From IMG/VR virus record IMGVR_UViG_3300046167_000632, positions 1 through 62,030 of that record: a stretch of 62,030 nucleotides of DNA; one strand, given 5' to 3'. The DNA is from a virus. Taxonomy: Duplodnaviria; Caudoviricetes. Below the pieces are notes generated by a model, which worked only from the letters and a program-made list of their open reading frames with translations, was not told the DNA's origin and did no database searches. The position numbers and the translations under genes are program-made. The stretch's first letter is position 1, and every line of letters starts with the position of its first letter. Shown here in pieces: positions 44,655 to 53,790 of this stretch.

Positions 44655-45275
44655 TCATAATTGTTGGTTTAATAATTCTTTTTCTTTCTTCAATGTATTG
44701 TTCATGTTTCTGTATATAGTTCTAGTTGAGCAATCAAGCAAACCAGCTAGACCGCTTATAGTTATTTTCTTGCCAAACTCGTTAATATCTAACATACATT
44801 GGTAAATTGCTTCACTATCTACATTACTAGTTTTACCTATTAACTTACCGACTATACTTAGTTTCTCACTGACAGTCAGCATGTTATGATCTTTAAATAT
44901 AACTTTACGTAATTTATTTCTAGGTGGTTCATCAAGATCACTCATTAATACATCATATACTATTTTTTCATAGTGCCAAGAGCTAATATCAAAGGTAACA
45001 AATCCATTTTTTTTATCACATATAACTTTAGCCATGTTATCAAACTGATCTTGATTCATAGTGGTATTTAAATACCATAAAACATACAAATGCCATTTAA
45101 GACTTTTGTAAGAGGTTATCTTAGCGTTGGTGTTAAATAATGTGTAGCATTCATAAGTACCATTTTCAAAGAACATATACTTTTCAGTTTCTATAGTAGG
45201 TATATCGCTTATAGGGTCTTGTCTATATACGATGCCTCTGTTTACTAAATATTTTATGTTTCTTGTATATGACAT
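44655..45275 (-). CDS. DNA-binding protein with C-terminal helix-turn-helix
   Basis: 'ITISGLAGLLDCSTRTIYRNM' HTH; palindrome overlaps its start codon. Confidence 0.65.
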   Translation of the reverse strand: MSYTRNIKYLVNRGIVYRQDPISDIPTIETEKYMFFENGTYECYTLFNTNAKITSYKSLKWHLYVLWYLNTTMNQDQFDNMAKVICDKKNGFVTFDISSWHYEKIVYDVLMSDLDEPPRNKLRKVIFKDHNMLTVSEKLSIVGKLIGKTSNVDSEAIYQCMLDINEFGKKITISGLAGLLDCSTRTIYRNMNNTLKKEKELLNQQL

Positions 45276-45311
45276 TAGCCCCTTACTATATAATCTTATG
45301 GGCTGTTGTCA
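45270..45311. promoter_or_regulatory. spaced palindrome copy A (operator/origin-like)
   Basis: TGACATTAGCC-N20-GGCTGTTGTCA. Confidence 0.7.
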
Positions 45312-45370
45312 CAGTACCCTTTTTCTTAGTTTTATTTTTTTTAAGATTTTCAATCTTATCCTTCATGCCT

Positions 45371-45868
45371 CTAAAGTTGGTTGTCAAGTTGTGTACGTAT
45401 AATTTTCTGCTCATCTTTATTTTTTATTTTGTGTTTTTCATTTTCATAATAGTTCCAGTATGCTGATATACTATCGTCTTGCACCTTGTATTCTTCTGGC
45501 ATACATTGAGGAGGTTCTGTAAAAGTACCCACCGGCATACCTAGAGGTAATTGTTTTAAAACTTCTTTGCATTTCTTAATTGTTAAATGTGTTTTGTTAT
45601 ATCTTTTAGTATATTCTTCTCCTAATGCTAGCATGTGTTTATACAACCACATATACTGTTTAGCATTTTGCCTACACCATATAGTCGATGGATGATTATA
45701 ATGCGCTTTCTTATACGGAACTTCTACCATAGGGTAATTTAGTTCCGCATAATGATGATGCGCAGTACAAAGCATCTGAGCTGATTCTAAGATCATCTTA
45801 ACTACATGCTTATTGTATTGTATTCTAGCAGCTTTAACTGGATCTCTGTGTAAATAAAATATATTCAT
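45371..45868 (-). CDS. pyrimidine-dimer DNA glycosylase-like protein
   Basis: MNIFYL...KHVVKMILESAQML...H.NHP..IW pattern. Confidence 0.7.
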   Translation of the reverse strand: MNIFYLHRDPVKAARIQYNKHVVKMILESAQMLCTAHHHYAELNYPMVEVPYKKAHYNHPSTIWCRQNAKQYMWLYKHMLALGEEYTKRYNKTHLTIKKCKEVLKQLPLGMPVGTFTEPPQCMPEEYKVQDDSISAYWNYYENEKHKIKNKDEQKIIRTQLDNQL

Positions 45869-45949
45869 AATTACTCGTAATGTTTATCTAATAAAATCAT
45901 AGCTACTTCCTTGCTTATCATGTTTTCGTTATATAATTTCCATATTAAC

Positions 45950-46777
45950 TTACTCATAATTTCTAATTGTTTTGAAGAACGGATGCCTGTAGCTATTAGC
46001 CTTAGTACGTTCGAAGTAAGTAAAGGTAGCACGCTGACCTATGTAGTCATTAATGTTAATGAGTATGTCTGCTAAATCCTTGTAGTTGTAGCCTTTGCCT
46101 GGTGGACAACCAAACCGTACACCTTCGTCATCTAGCATTATAAACTTACCAAGCGTGCCTTGTCGCTTACCTTTACCTTCTACGTAGTCTACAATAGTAG
46201 CTTCAGTGTCGTGAAAGTCTTTGAACTTTTGTAAGTTATAAGAACGTTTTTGTTCATATCTTTTATTCAGTCTAAGTATAGAGCCTTCATAGCCCTGAGC
46301 CAAGTGTACATTATGTAACATCTTAGCTTCATCATAACTACTGACTAATGTATTTTTAATAAGAGTTAATGAAGCAGCTATAGGTAGATTTGTAGTCAGC
46401 CAATTAAATCTTTGTTCATACACAGGACCTTCCGCAATAGTATCATAAACATGATACTGTACAAGGTGTTGTGCATTTCTCATATCGTCTTCAGTTGGAG
46501 TTTGTTTTCTAACTAAAGATATAATTTTCTCAAAGTCATTGCTCAACGCGTGGTTGTAAAGCTCACCGTCTAGTACAGTGAACGGATGTTTAGAAAAGAA
46601 GTCTTGTAGATCATAAGTTATATGTCTTACATTTTTGAACTCCTTACCTGTACGTGAGTAAGCACCGTCTTTGGTAAATATACAACGCACGCCATCTAGC
46701 TTAGGTTGTAAGAAAACTTTCTCGGACCAGTCGACAGGTTTCTTGTCTACTTTGTATGCGAGCATAGGTTTTATCAT
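45950..46777 (-). CDS. ATP-dependent DNA ligase
   Basis: QPKLDGVR, LDGELY, YEGSILR, KFK, RHP motifs. Confidence 0.92.
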   Translation of the reverse strand: MIKPMLAYKVDKKPVDWSEKVFLQPKLDGVRCIFTKDGAYSRTGKEFKNVRHITYDLQDFFSKHPFTVLDGELYNHALSNDFEKIISLVRKQTPTEDDMRNAQHLVQYHVYDTIAEGPVYEQRFNWLTTNLPIAASLTLIKNTLVSSYDEAKMLHNVHLAQGYEGSILRLNKRYEQKRSYNLQKFKDFHDTEATIVDYVEGKGKRQGTLGKFIMLDDEGVRFGCPPGKGYNYKDLADILININDYIGQRATFTYFERTKANSYRHPFFKTIRNYE

Positions 46778-47028
46778 AATTCTTTTATTTTATTTTCTAA
46801 GTATTTTATTTTTCCATGTATAAGAGCAGCTTTAGCATAATCTTCTTGTTCTTCAGCTCTCTTTAATTCTCCCTTCCAATGGTATATCTCTTCAAGCACT
46901 AGTTCCTTTGTCTCTTGCTCGACACTAACATTAAATTGCTGATCCCATTCGTCTTGCTTTTTTTGTAAAGCAGTTAGAATAATATCAGCAACTTTGTTAG
47001 CTAGAATATCTAACTCTTTGTCTGTCAT
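46774..47028 (-). CDS. hypothetical protein with UVR-like C-terminal helix pair
   Basis: 'LKRAEEQEDYAKAALIHGKIKYL'. Confidence 0.6.
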   Translation of the reverse strand: MTDKELDILANKVADIILTALQKKQDEWDQQFNVSVEQETKELVLEEIYHWKGELKRAEEQEDYAKAALIHGKIKYLENKIKEL

Positions 47029-47262
47029 TTAGTTAGCGTAGTTAAACTTGTAAACTGGTAAAATATATTTGTTAATAAATTTACCTTTAGACTGTGAAGA
47101 TCTTAAACCTTCAAAGACATGATTCGGTACGCCTTCGTAATTATAGCGACCGCCATTGTTAAACGTAAGAGTAAGTCTGTAGTTATCGTACTTGTAACTT
47201 GCTCTGTCAATTGCTGTAGAGTTAACATCTACAGTCTGCATTGGTAATACTAATCTGTTCAT
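47029..47262 (-). CDS. KTSC-domain protein
   Basis: STAI...Y...L.LTFNNGGRYNYEGVP...L.SSQSKGKFIN. Confidence 0.85.
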   Translation of the reverse strand: MNRLVLPMQTVDVNSTAIDRASYKYDNYRLTLTFNNGGRYNYEGVPNHVFEGLRSSQSKGKFINKYILPVYKFNYAN

Positions 47263-47327
47263 AAGTGTTTAATTTAATTGTTAATATTTAGTTTATTATC
47301 CATTAGTGAATAAATTTTGTTTGTAAA

Positions 47328-47933
47328 TTAATGAAATACTAATCCTACTTTTACAGTGTTGTTAAACCATCTTGTAGCATGTAGGTCAATAGAAGACGCA
47401 TCAGTATAGCCAGCGCTATTAAGGTCATCGTTACTTTTAAATATTTTGGTATGCCTGTGTTTTCTTTCATCTATTAAATGTTTTTGTTTCCCTGAGTCAG
47501 AGAAGATTATATCATAATTATCTGGTAATGAGGTTTTTAACATCATATCAATCATATTAGTGTAACTGTAAAACCGTACGTTAGGATTGCTATTAGCAAT
47601 GTCGATCCACTTTTTTAGATATGCGCGAGAGTAATAATCGCCGCTATCATGGACTCTGACGTAATCAGGTTTCTTCTTACGTATTTCAGCGTTCATAGCA
47701 TCAACAAACATGTCAGTTTTGCTGAGTTGATAACGCTTTTCAAACGCAGGTTTTACGTTACTCCAGATGTAGGCTCCTTTCTTGGCATAACAGAATTTAA
47801 CACAACTGTCAGCCATGGGGCACGTCAGTTTCCCGCTAGCAGATTTGTAGGCAGGAATACCGAAGTTAAAGACCCGAAGCCCGAGTTCTTTTGATGTCTT
47901 TTTTAATTTAGTATTTTGAGTCAGTAAGTTCAT
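47328..47933 (-). CDS. gp88-like Cys-cluster protein
   Basis: TCPMADSCVKFCYAKKG and RVHDSGD motifs. Confidence 0.7.
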   Translation of the reverse strand: MNLLTQNTKLKKTSKELGLRVFNFGIPAYKSASGKLTCPMADSCVKFCYAKKGAYIWSNVKPAFEKRYQLSKTDMFVDAMNAEIRKKKPDYVRVHDSGDYYSRAYLKKWIDIANSNPNVRFYSYTNMIDMMLKTSLPDNYDIIFSDSGKQKHLIDERKHRHTKIFKSNDDLNSAGYTDASSIDLHATRWFNNTVKVGLVFH

Positions 47934-47935
47934 AG

Positions 47936-48199
47936 TTAATCTAGTAATACCATATATGCTTCAACGTTATTCTTGCGAAACCAAGATAATGCTTTATGAA
48001 ACTCGTTAATTTGTTTTTCAGTAACTGTTTTAGGTGCTACCTCCATTACATATTGACTACCCATTATGAAGTCATACATTGATAGCTCGACAGCACTAAG
48101 CTCGTAGCTATCTCCACTGAAAGGGTTTGTTACTAATTCACCTTTGTCGTAAATCATACCTTTAAACCACTTAGGTACTGTTTGTTCTTTAGTTTTCAT
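47936..48199 (-). CDS. hypothetical early protein
   Basis: 87-aa ORF ending AYMVLLD. Confidence 0.65.
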   Translation of the reverse strand: MKTKEQTVPKWFKGMIYDKGELVTNPFSGDSYELSAVELSMYDFIMGSQYVMEVAPKTVTEKQINEFHKALSWFRKNNVEAYMVLLD

Positions 48200-48857
48200 T
48201 TTTTAATTCTTTAAATATTAATTCACCTTTAATGGCTCTTTCGATAGTTAGACCATAATGATTAGCTACAATCTCATACCTTGCTCTGTCTTTAATTATT
48301 TGACTAGCATAGTTTAAGTACCTATAGTCTTCATCTACTGTTAGATTTATAGCTCCTATATATAGTTTAGGTAGATCTTTGTTAAACTGATCGTCTTGAG
48401 AGATCATCTCTATGTATTGCAGTGTATTTATAGGGTTAACTACTTTATGGCTATAACCTTCATCAAGTAGCTCATCTATAATTTCGTCTTCGATTCTACA
48501 TAATAGATCTTCGTAGTGTCTAGTGATAGCATCTTCAACAAAGTCATAGTTGTCACAGTATATCTGATTGTAGTCAGGTATTGCTTCGTATAACACATCT
48601 GTAAGTTCGCTTTCATAGTAGTATACGTCTTCACTAACATTTATACTTTTGTCATTAGCAGTAGCAATCCACACAGAGTAACCATCAGCTGTTGATTCTT
48701 CGTATACACTGAAGTCAGGGTTTCGCCATTGATCAGTTATTTCACATTCGTAGTGTGCAAGCACTTGGTTTCTAGCGTGCTCATCATCGCAACCTTCGAT
48801 CCAGCCTTTTTCAGCCATTTTCTCAGTTATTAACTTATCTGTTATATACTTAGTCAT
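48189..48857 (-). CDS. acidic hypothetical protein
   Basis: 222 aa, D/E-rich. Confidence 0.7.
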   Translation of the reverse strand: MTKYITDKLITEKMAEKGWIEGCDDEHARNQVLAHYECEITDQWRNPDFSVYEESTADGYSVWIATANDKSINVSEDVYYYESELTDVLYEAIPDYNQIYCDNYDFVEDAITRHYEDLLCRIEDEIIDELLDEGYSHKVVNPINTLQYIEMISQDDQFNKDLPKLYIGAINLTVDEDYRYLNYASQIIKDRARYEIVANHYGLTIERAIKGELIFKELKNEN

Positions 48858-49098
48858 CTGTCTCTGATATTAAAATGTTATCACCATGTTTAAAATCCCA
48901 TGTAGAAACTCTAAAGAATTCTATATCAGCCCATGTATATAACGAGCTAACGTCACCTATAGTCAAGTCACTGTAGAACGTAGTGCTGTTTAACTTTGCT
49001 ATAATTAGTCTTACAGATGTACTGTATTTTTCTTCTTGCGAAGCTAGAGCTTCTTTGATTTCAGGCCTTAGCCTTTCGTAAATTGTTAATCTTGCCAT
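48850..49098 (-). CDS. hypothetical early protein
   Basis: Directly downstream of repeat copy 49113-49154. Confidence 0.65.
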   Translation of the reverse strand: MARLTIYERLRPEIKEALASQEEKYSTSVRLIIAKLNSTTFYSDLTIGDVSSLYTWADIEFFRVSTWDFKHGDNILISETDD

Positions 49099-49151
49099 TT
49101 TTATTTATTTAATTACATTTATATTATCCAACTTTATTTTAATTTTGTTTG

Positions 49152-49249
49152 TAACTAGTGAGGAATCGAACCTCATACCCGTCGGTAGCCATAGTCATTA
49201 TATGCTCGTGAAGACGTTTACATATTTCAGTACTAAACCTGACCTAGTT
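49152..49249 (-). ncRNA. tRNA-like RNA 1 (non-canonical)
   Basis: AACTAG/CTAGTT acceptor-like stem; TGAGG-TTCGATT-CCTCA T-arm; TACC-GACG-GGTA hairpin; no D stem or anticodon arm. Confidence 0.65.
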
Positions 49250-49334
49250 GCCGGCTATTATGTGATCGTTAATCGTATCTGTCGCCATCGGTTTTCTTAT
49301 TTAGATAGAGCTATATACCGTAAAACTCTTTTAG

Positions 49335-49425
49335 TAACTAGTTGAGGAATCGAACCTCAATACTCGTCAGTAGTATGCGCACCACGATCGAGCTAATGCC
49401 CCGGTAATCGCAACCATACCTAGTT
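49335..49425 (-). ncRNA. tRNA-like RNA 2 (non-canonical)
   Basis: Same acceptor stem and T-arm as RNA 1; TACT-GACG-AGTA hairpin; different central hairpin. Confidence 0.65.
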
Positions 49426-49618
49426 GCCGCTAGCTATTCGCTTATGTGTAGTCATCGAGCCGACGTCACGCTGTACCTCGTCGTTAGACTTCTCGCTGTG
49501 CTTAGTCGCCTTTAATCATACCTAATTAAGCTACTCGTCTAGCTATTTACTACCTTAGAGGATCTTCGTTAGCTTAACCACTTAAAATACCGTAGCCGTA
49601 CTAAGCCCTCCACCGTGT

Positions 49619-50071
49619 TTATATTCTTTTATATAATACACCATCAACTTCGATTACATCTTGCACTGAGTCTAAGTCGTAGTTTCTTATTAAGTATTTT
49701 TCTAGATACACTAATCTAGCAAGGCCGTTAGTTATTTTTACTCTTTGTACACCTGTGCAAGAGCTCACATTTAACTCGCTATTGTCACTAAGTGTCATAT
49801 AATAACTAGTTGTTGGTCTTTGAGGATTTATTTGGTAGCAAGATAAATCATTAAACCTACTTCTTATTATTTTACGAACCATACCTGATTTGTATGTAGC
49901 GAATTTACATAAACCATACTTTTTGTGGTTAAGTTGAAACGTTCTAGTTCCGTTTTTACGCTGTGTATTTGTAGTTACATCAGTTAGTAGTGGGTACTTA
50001 GCAAGCATTAACTCTACATACTTGTCTTCTAGCTCTTTTCGGCGAGCTTGCCAATGTGTTAGTGTATTCAT
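49619..50071 (-). CDS. hypothetical early protein
   Basis: Probable ATG at 50071 (MNTLTHW). Confidence 0.65.
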   Translation of the reverse strand: MNTLTHWQARRKELEDKYVELMLAKYPLLTDVTTNTQRKNGTRTFQLNHKKYGLCKFATYKSGMVRKIIRSRFNDLSCYQINPQRPTTSYYMTLSDNSELNVSSCTGVQRVKITNGLARLVYLEKYLIRNYDLDSVQDVIEVDGVLYKRI

Positions 50072-50072
50072 A

Positions 50073-50261
50073 TTATCTTCGTCTTTGTGATTTATGTACA
50101 AGCGCACTTAGCTCTTGACTTACTATTTGAATTGTATTACCTGTTTTATGGTAAGTAATTGGAACATAAGAATGTTTTTTTACTTCAGAACAGGGTGGAC
50201 ATGTCTTATATCCTAAGTTTAATCGGTAAGGGTGGACTTCGTCGCCGCATTTACAGTACAT
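50073..50261 (-). CDS. small zinc-finger protein (DksA/TraR-like C4 pattern)
   Basis: CKCG....RL..G..TCPPC; follows repeat copy 50281-50322. Confidence 0.55.
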   Translation of the reverse strand: MYCKCGDEVHPYRLNLGYKTCPPCSEVKKHSYVPITYHKTGNTIQIVSQELSALVHKSQRRR

Positions 50262-50307
50262 AGTTTATTATTTTTATTTGTTACATATATATTATCCAGT
50301 AGTAATT

Positions 50308-50733
50308 TTATTTTGTTTGTAAATAATTTAATACACTTGACCAATCAGGAAATTTATCACTACCAAACTGTATAAGTTCGCCACTGAACTCACCCGCACC
50401 GTTAGCCGTTCTGTCATCTATCAAGTAATCTCCACTTAATAAGTTTTTGTGGTTAGATAAGATCAACTTTTTATAAGCGTGTTTACCTAAGTGTTTACTT
50501 ACCCACATTCTCTTATGAGTCCATGATTCAGGCATACCCCATGGAGCAGTGGATAGTATATAAACATCAAAGCCATCGGTTTCGCATAACTTTTTAAATG
50601 CTTCAACCGCATAACCTATAGGTCGTAAGTCTTTAAATATATTTGAGTGCCAACCTGTTCTATTTAGCTCGGTTTGTAGATCAACAAGGACACCGTCCAT
50701 GTCTATGTATATTATCTTATTCTTGTTTTTCAT
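50308..50733 (-). CDS. 5'(3')-deoxyribonucleotidase (HAD, NT5C-like)
   Basis: IDMDGVL, ILST.P, K..W, LIDDR. Confidence 0.85.
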   Translation of the reverse strand: MKNKNKIIYIDMDGVLVDLQTELNRTGWHSNIFKDLRPIGYAVEAFKKLCETDGFDVYILSTAPWGMPESWTHKRMWVSKHLGKHAYKKLILSNHKNLLSGDYLIDDRTANGAGEFSGELIQFGSDKFPDWSSVLNYLQTK

Positions 50734-50923
50734 AATACTTTCTCTTAGTAGACATATACATTTTCTCGATAGCTAAGAACATAACCATATCGTGGAGTTC
50801 GTTATATTCATCTCCGTTAACGGGTTGATCTGCTATTTGCCAATCAATACTGTCTTCCATTAATTCCTTAGTTACGTCAGCAATACCTTGTGCTATTTCG
50901 TCTATTTCTTTCATCTTACTCAT
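50717..50923 (-). CDS. hypothetical acidic protein
   Basis: 68-aa ORF. Confidence 0.55.
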   Translation of the reverse strand: MSKMKEIDEIAQGIADVTKELMEDSIDWQIADQPVNGDEYNELHDMVMFLAIEKMYMSTKRKYYEKQE

Positions 50924-51046
50924 ATATTATTTCATCTAGTAGTTCATCTTTGTCAAATCCGTTATCAAGTGCAAGTTGAAATGCGTCAACACCATACTTT
51001 TCATTGAATTGCTTTATAGTTAATTTATTTGTTTTAAACTTATTCA

Positions 51047-51301
51047 TTACTTTTGGTTTAATATTGTTACTTCAACCCAACCTTTTTCTGAATGGTTAGC
51101 TTCACATTTAACACCAGCTTTAGTTAGTTCATCTTCTAGTTTTATCGCTGCATCCCATAAACTTGGTTCTGGTATCTCATCATGGTCATCGTCATAGAAC
51201 ACATCACCTCTACACTGAAAAAACCTATCGTCGTAGTCATTTTCTACGTATTCGAAATCCCATCCGTTAATTCTAGTATCTTGTTTCATCCACTCTTTCA
51301 T
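51047..51301 (-). CDS. hypothetical acidic protein
   Basis: 84-aa ORF. Confidence 0.6.
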   Translation of the reverse strand: MKEWMKQDTRINGWDFEYVENDYDDRFFQCRGDVFYDDDHDEIPEPSLWDAAIKLEDELTKAGVKCEANHSEKGWVEVTILNQK

Positions 51302-51428
51302 ATCTATAATTGATTTATTAGTTCTTGTACTTCATTAAACAGCATTTCATCTATCTGTTTTCTTGAATAGTGGTCTTTATACGCTTCGTATACTAAATCC
51401 CACGGGTTTTTAACTGGTTCGTCGTTCA

Positions 51429-51641
51429 TTATAAGAATTTTTTAACTTGTTCTTTGATTAATAATATATCTTTATCTGTTATGCGCATAGCTTGATCATA
51501 GTCTACGGTGTTCTGTATTATATCACTAAAGCTTTCCCACATCTTAAGATCCATTTGCATAGCAATAGAATCTATACTTTCCTCTGACAAACTTTGTTGA
51601 TCTTCTTGGATCTCATGCCATTTTTTTACTGAATCGCTCAT
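51429..51641 (-). CDS. hypothetical protein
   Basis: 70-aa ORF, coupled start/stop. Confidence 0.55.
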   Translation of the reverse strand: MSDSVKKWHEIQEDQQSLSEESIDSIAMQMDLKMWESFSDIIQNTVDYDQAMRITDKDILLIKEQVKKFL

Positions 51642-51844
51642 TAGTCTTGGTATTTTTTAAGTGTCATACTGTTTACTTTATCTATGATCTCGTTACCTAC
51701 TAAAGTAAAATAACCAGGTGCATATATAGATCTTTTACCATCAGCTTCAGCTGCTAATACATCTTTTTCTGCTTCTTCGATAGCGTGTTTTAACGCTGTT
51801 TGGATGAAATACTTTTCAAATCCATTAAATTTAGTTTTACTCAT
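51641..51844 (-). CDS. hypothetical protein
   Basis: 67-aa ORF, coupled start/stop. Confidence 0.6.
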   Translation of the reverse strand: MSKTKFNGFEKYFIQTALKHAIEEAEKDVLAAEADGKRSIYAPGYFTLVGNEIIDKVNSMTLKKYQD

Positions 51845-52110
51845 TATAGTGTCTTTTTTATTATTAGTAATTGCTTTGTGTCAAACTTCTTGTGAGTTTC
51901 TTGCCACATACGGTTGTGGGTGAACTTTCTAGCTTTTGCGAAGTTAGATTTCTGACGAGTTGTAATACTATTGTATTCTTTGTCAGTTAGTCCACCACAT
52001 ACACCGTTTGCTCGAACAGCACGTCTATGCCCGTCTGCTCGTGATTTTTTCTGTAGTTCCGAGTAAGCTAGTAGCTCTTTCATAGTTCTCGGGTTAGATA
52101 CTACGTCCAT
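51844..52110 (-). CDS. hypothetical basic protein
   Basis: 88-aa ORF. Confidence 0.55.
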   Translation of the reverse strand: MDVVSNPRTMKELLAYSELQKKSRADGHRRAVRANGVCGGLTDKEYNSITTRQKSNFAKARKFTHNRMWQETHKKFDTKQLLIIKKTL

Positions 52111-52295
52111 ATACTCTCAGGTTTTTGAATATAAGTTAAACCTTTGTAGTTGAACCATTGAGTTATACCTTCTCTGTCTTCATCCTCGTTATAGATGAAA
52201 GCAAACTTTCTAGGTAGATTACCTACAGTATAGCCTTTGAAGACAACACCGTTGAGTTTTATTGTACTTGAATTTTTAAATTTAATTTTCTGCAT
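52101..52295 (-). CDS. hypothetical early protein
   Basis: First gene after repeat copy 52313-52354. Confidence 0.6.
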   Translation of the reverse strand: MQKIKFKNSSTIKLNGVVFKGYTVGNLPRKFAFIYNEDEDREGITQWFNYKGLTYIQKPESIWT

Positions 52296-52827
52296 AGTTT
52301 ATTATTTATTATTTACATTTATATTATCCAATAGAAATATTATTTTGTTTGTAATTTTCTACTTGTATATCTCATTTATTAGATCTTGTACTAACATGTC
52401 TTCAGTCTCTTCCTCTGCAGGAATACAGTCCGTTTCTACAAATAGCTCGATCTTACGAACAGTTTGTTTTTTGCTTAAATAGCTACTTATAAATTTAAAG
52501 TAACTTATAGTTTCTTCTGACCAATAGAATAGACTCATACTACTTGAATTTAGCAGCGACTTCTTGTATTTCTACTTTGTCTTGATGATCTAATCCACTA
52601 GTTTGACTTGCGTACATTCTTAGTACATAGTGTACAAAGGTACAATCGCTTTCTGTAAGTTGTATATTTCTCATAATTAGTTTTTTATCGCCCAAGCAGC
52701 AGCGCTACCTAGTTTAGTTAATACTTTGTTTGCTTTTTTTAGTACTAATAGTACTTTGTGTGAAAATTTTATCATTGTTATTAGTTTATTATATTATCCA
52801 ATAGTTATTATTATTTGTTTGTAATTC

Positions 52828-53100
52828 TTAATCGCCTGTATACTCACCTGAGTATGTATTAGAATACCAATCTCTTCGCGCTTCGTGCACTAGATCTTGT
52901 ATTTGTAATAGATCTTGTCTTTGATCGATCAAGTGATCTATTTCATCTCGCATATCTTGCTCGCTTAGTTTAGTAAACATACTTGTTTCTAAGCCATCTA
53001 GTAAGTTTCTGTCATTGCAGTGATAGTTATCGTACTTGATACCATTCCAAGTCTCGCTTAGTATATAAGTATACTCTATATTTCTGTAAGTTTTAGTCAT
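52828..53100 (-). CDS. hypothetical early protein
   Basis: 90-aa ORF; stop abuts next repeat copy. Confidence 0.6.
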   Translation of the reverse strand: MTKTYRNIEYTYILSETWNGIKYDNYHCNDRNLLDGLETSMFTKLSEQDMRDEIDHLIDQRQDLLQIQDLVHEARRDWYSNTYSGEYTGD

Positions 53101-53240
53101 TATTAGTAGATTTATAAAAGTTAATTCTTGTAAGTATCTCGCATCGAGAGATCTTACCTTCCACTTGTAATAGTATATCGCTTGACATATCTATTTTTTT
53201 ACCATTAGGTAGATTTAGTATAAATTGCATAGTTTATAGT

Positions 53241-53360
53241 TTAGTAGAAGTCATAGTATATATCTATTACTTGAGATCTTTGATCACTAGTTAGTTCGTT
53301 AAAGTCTTTCTTGAATATTCTTCTTGATATTTTTAGTAAGGTATATGATTTTGTACACAT
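53241..53360 (-). CDS. 39-aa early peptide (not in ORF track)
   Basis: MCTKSYTLLKISRRIFKKDFNELTSDQRSQVIDIYYDFY*; similar to 55186-55356. Confidence 0.55.
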   Translation of the reverse strand: MCTKSYTLLKISRRIFKKDFNELTSDQRSQVIDIYYDFY

Positions 53361-53382
53361 AGTTTTATTATTTATTAGTTAG

Positions 53383-53458
53383 TAGTCGTTGGTGGAATCG
53401 AACCACCTCACAAAGTAGAGCTCACGTAGTCAAAATGCAGAGTGAAACCGTTACGACT
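53383..53458 (-). ncRNA. tRNA-like RNA 3 (non-canonical)
   Basis: AGTCGT/ACGACT acceptor-like stem; GGTGG-TTCGATT-CCACC T-arm; GGTT after the 5' strand as in RNAs 1 and 2. Confidence 0.6.
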
Positions 53459-53475
53459 TGTTTGATCTGAGAGTA

Positions 53476-53703
53476 CTATTTTTCTAGTACTTCTCGAGCG
53501 ATCACTGGTACACTAGTTGAAGAAGTGTAAGACTTGTACTTAATGAAGCACGCCATATTTTCCAGTTTAGACTTCATTACTTCATACACTTTATCGTGAT
53601 TGTAGGTAACTGTTTTACCATTTTTGAAGTTGACAGTGATTAACTGATTTTTACCGATTAGAGATTTTCTGATTACAAATCTTTTTGAAATTAAAGTTGA
53701 CAT
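53476..53703 (-). CDS. early protein, paralog of 54857-55087
   Basis: About 51/75 identical residues by hand count; has its own promoter repeat. Confidence 0.8.
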   Translation of the reverse strand: MSTLISKRFVIRKSLIGKNQLITVNFKNGKTVTYNHDKVYEVMKSKLENMACFIKYKSYTSSTSVPVIAREVLEK

Positions 53704-53790
53704 AGTTAAAATTATTTAGTTATTATTATTATTATTATTAGTTTGTTACATTTATATTATCCAAATGGAATATTATTTTGTTTGTAAAAT

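Noticed and set aside
49145-49345. 66-aa + strand ORF over the ncRNA cluster
   Set aside because: Antisense to the arm, TTG start, no leader; the region is better explained by RNA structure
49152-53458. Canonical tRNA genes or tmRNA
   Set aside because: No D stem, no 5-bp/7-nt anticodon arm, no tag reading frame or G3:U70 pair; kept as tRNA-like ncRNA instead
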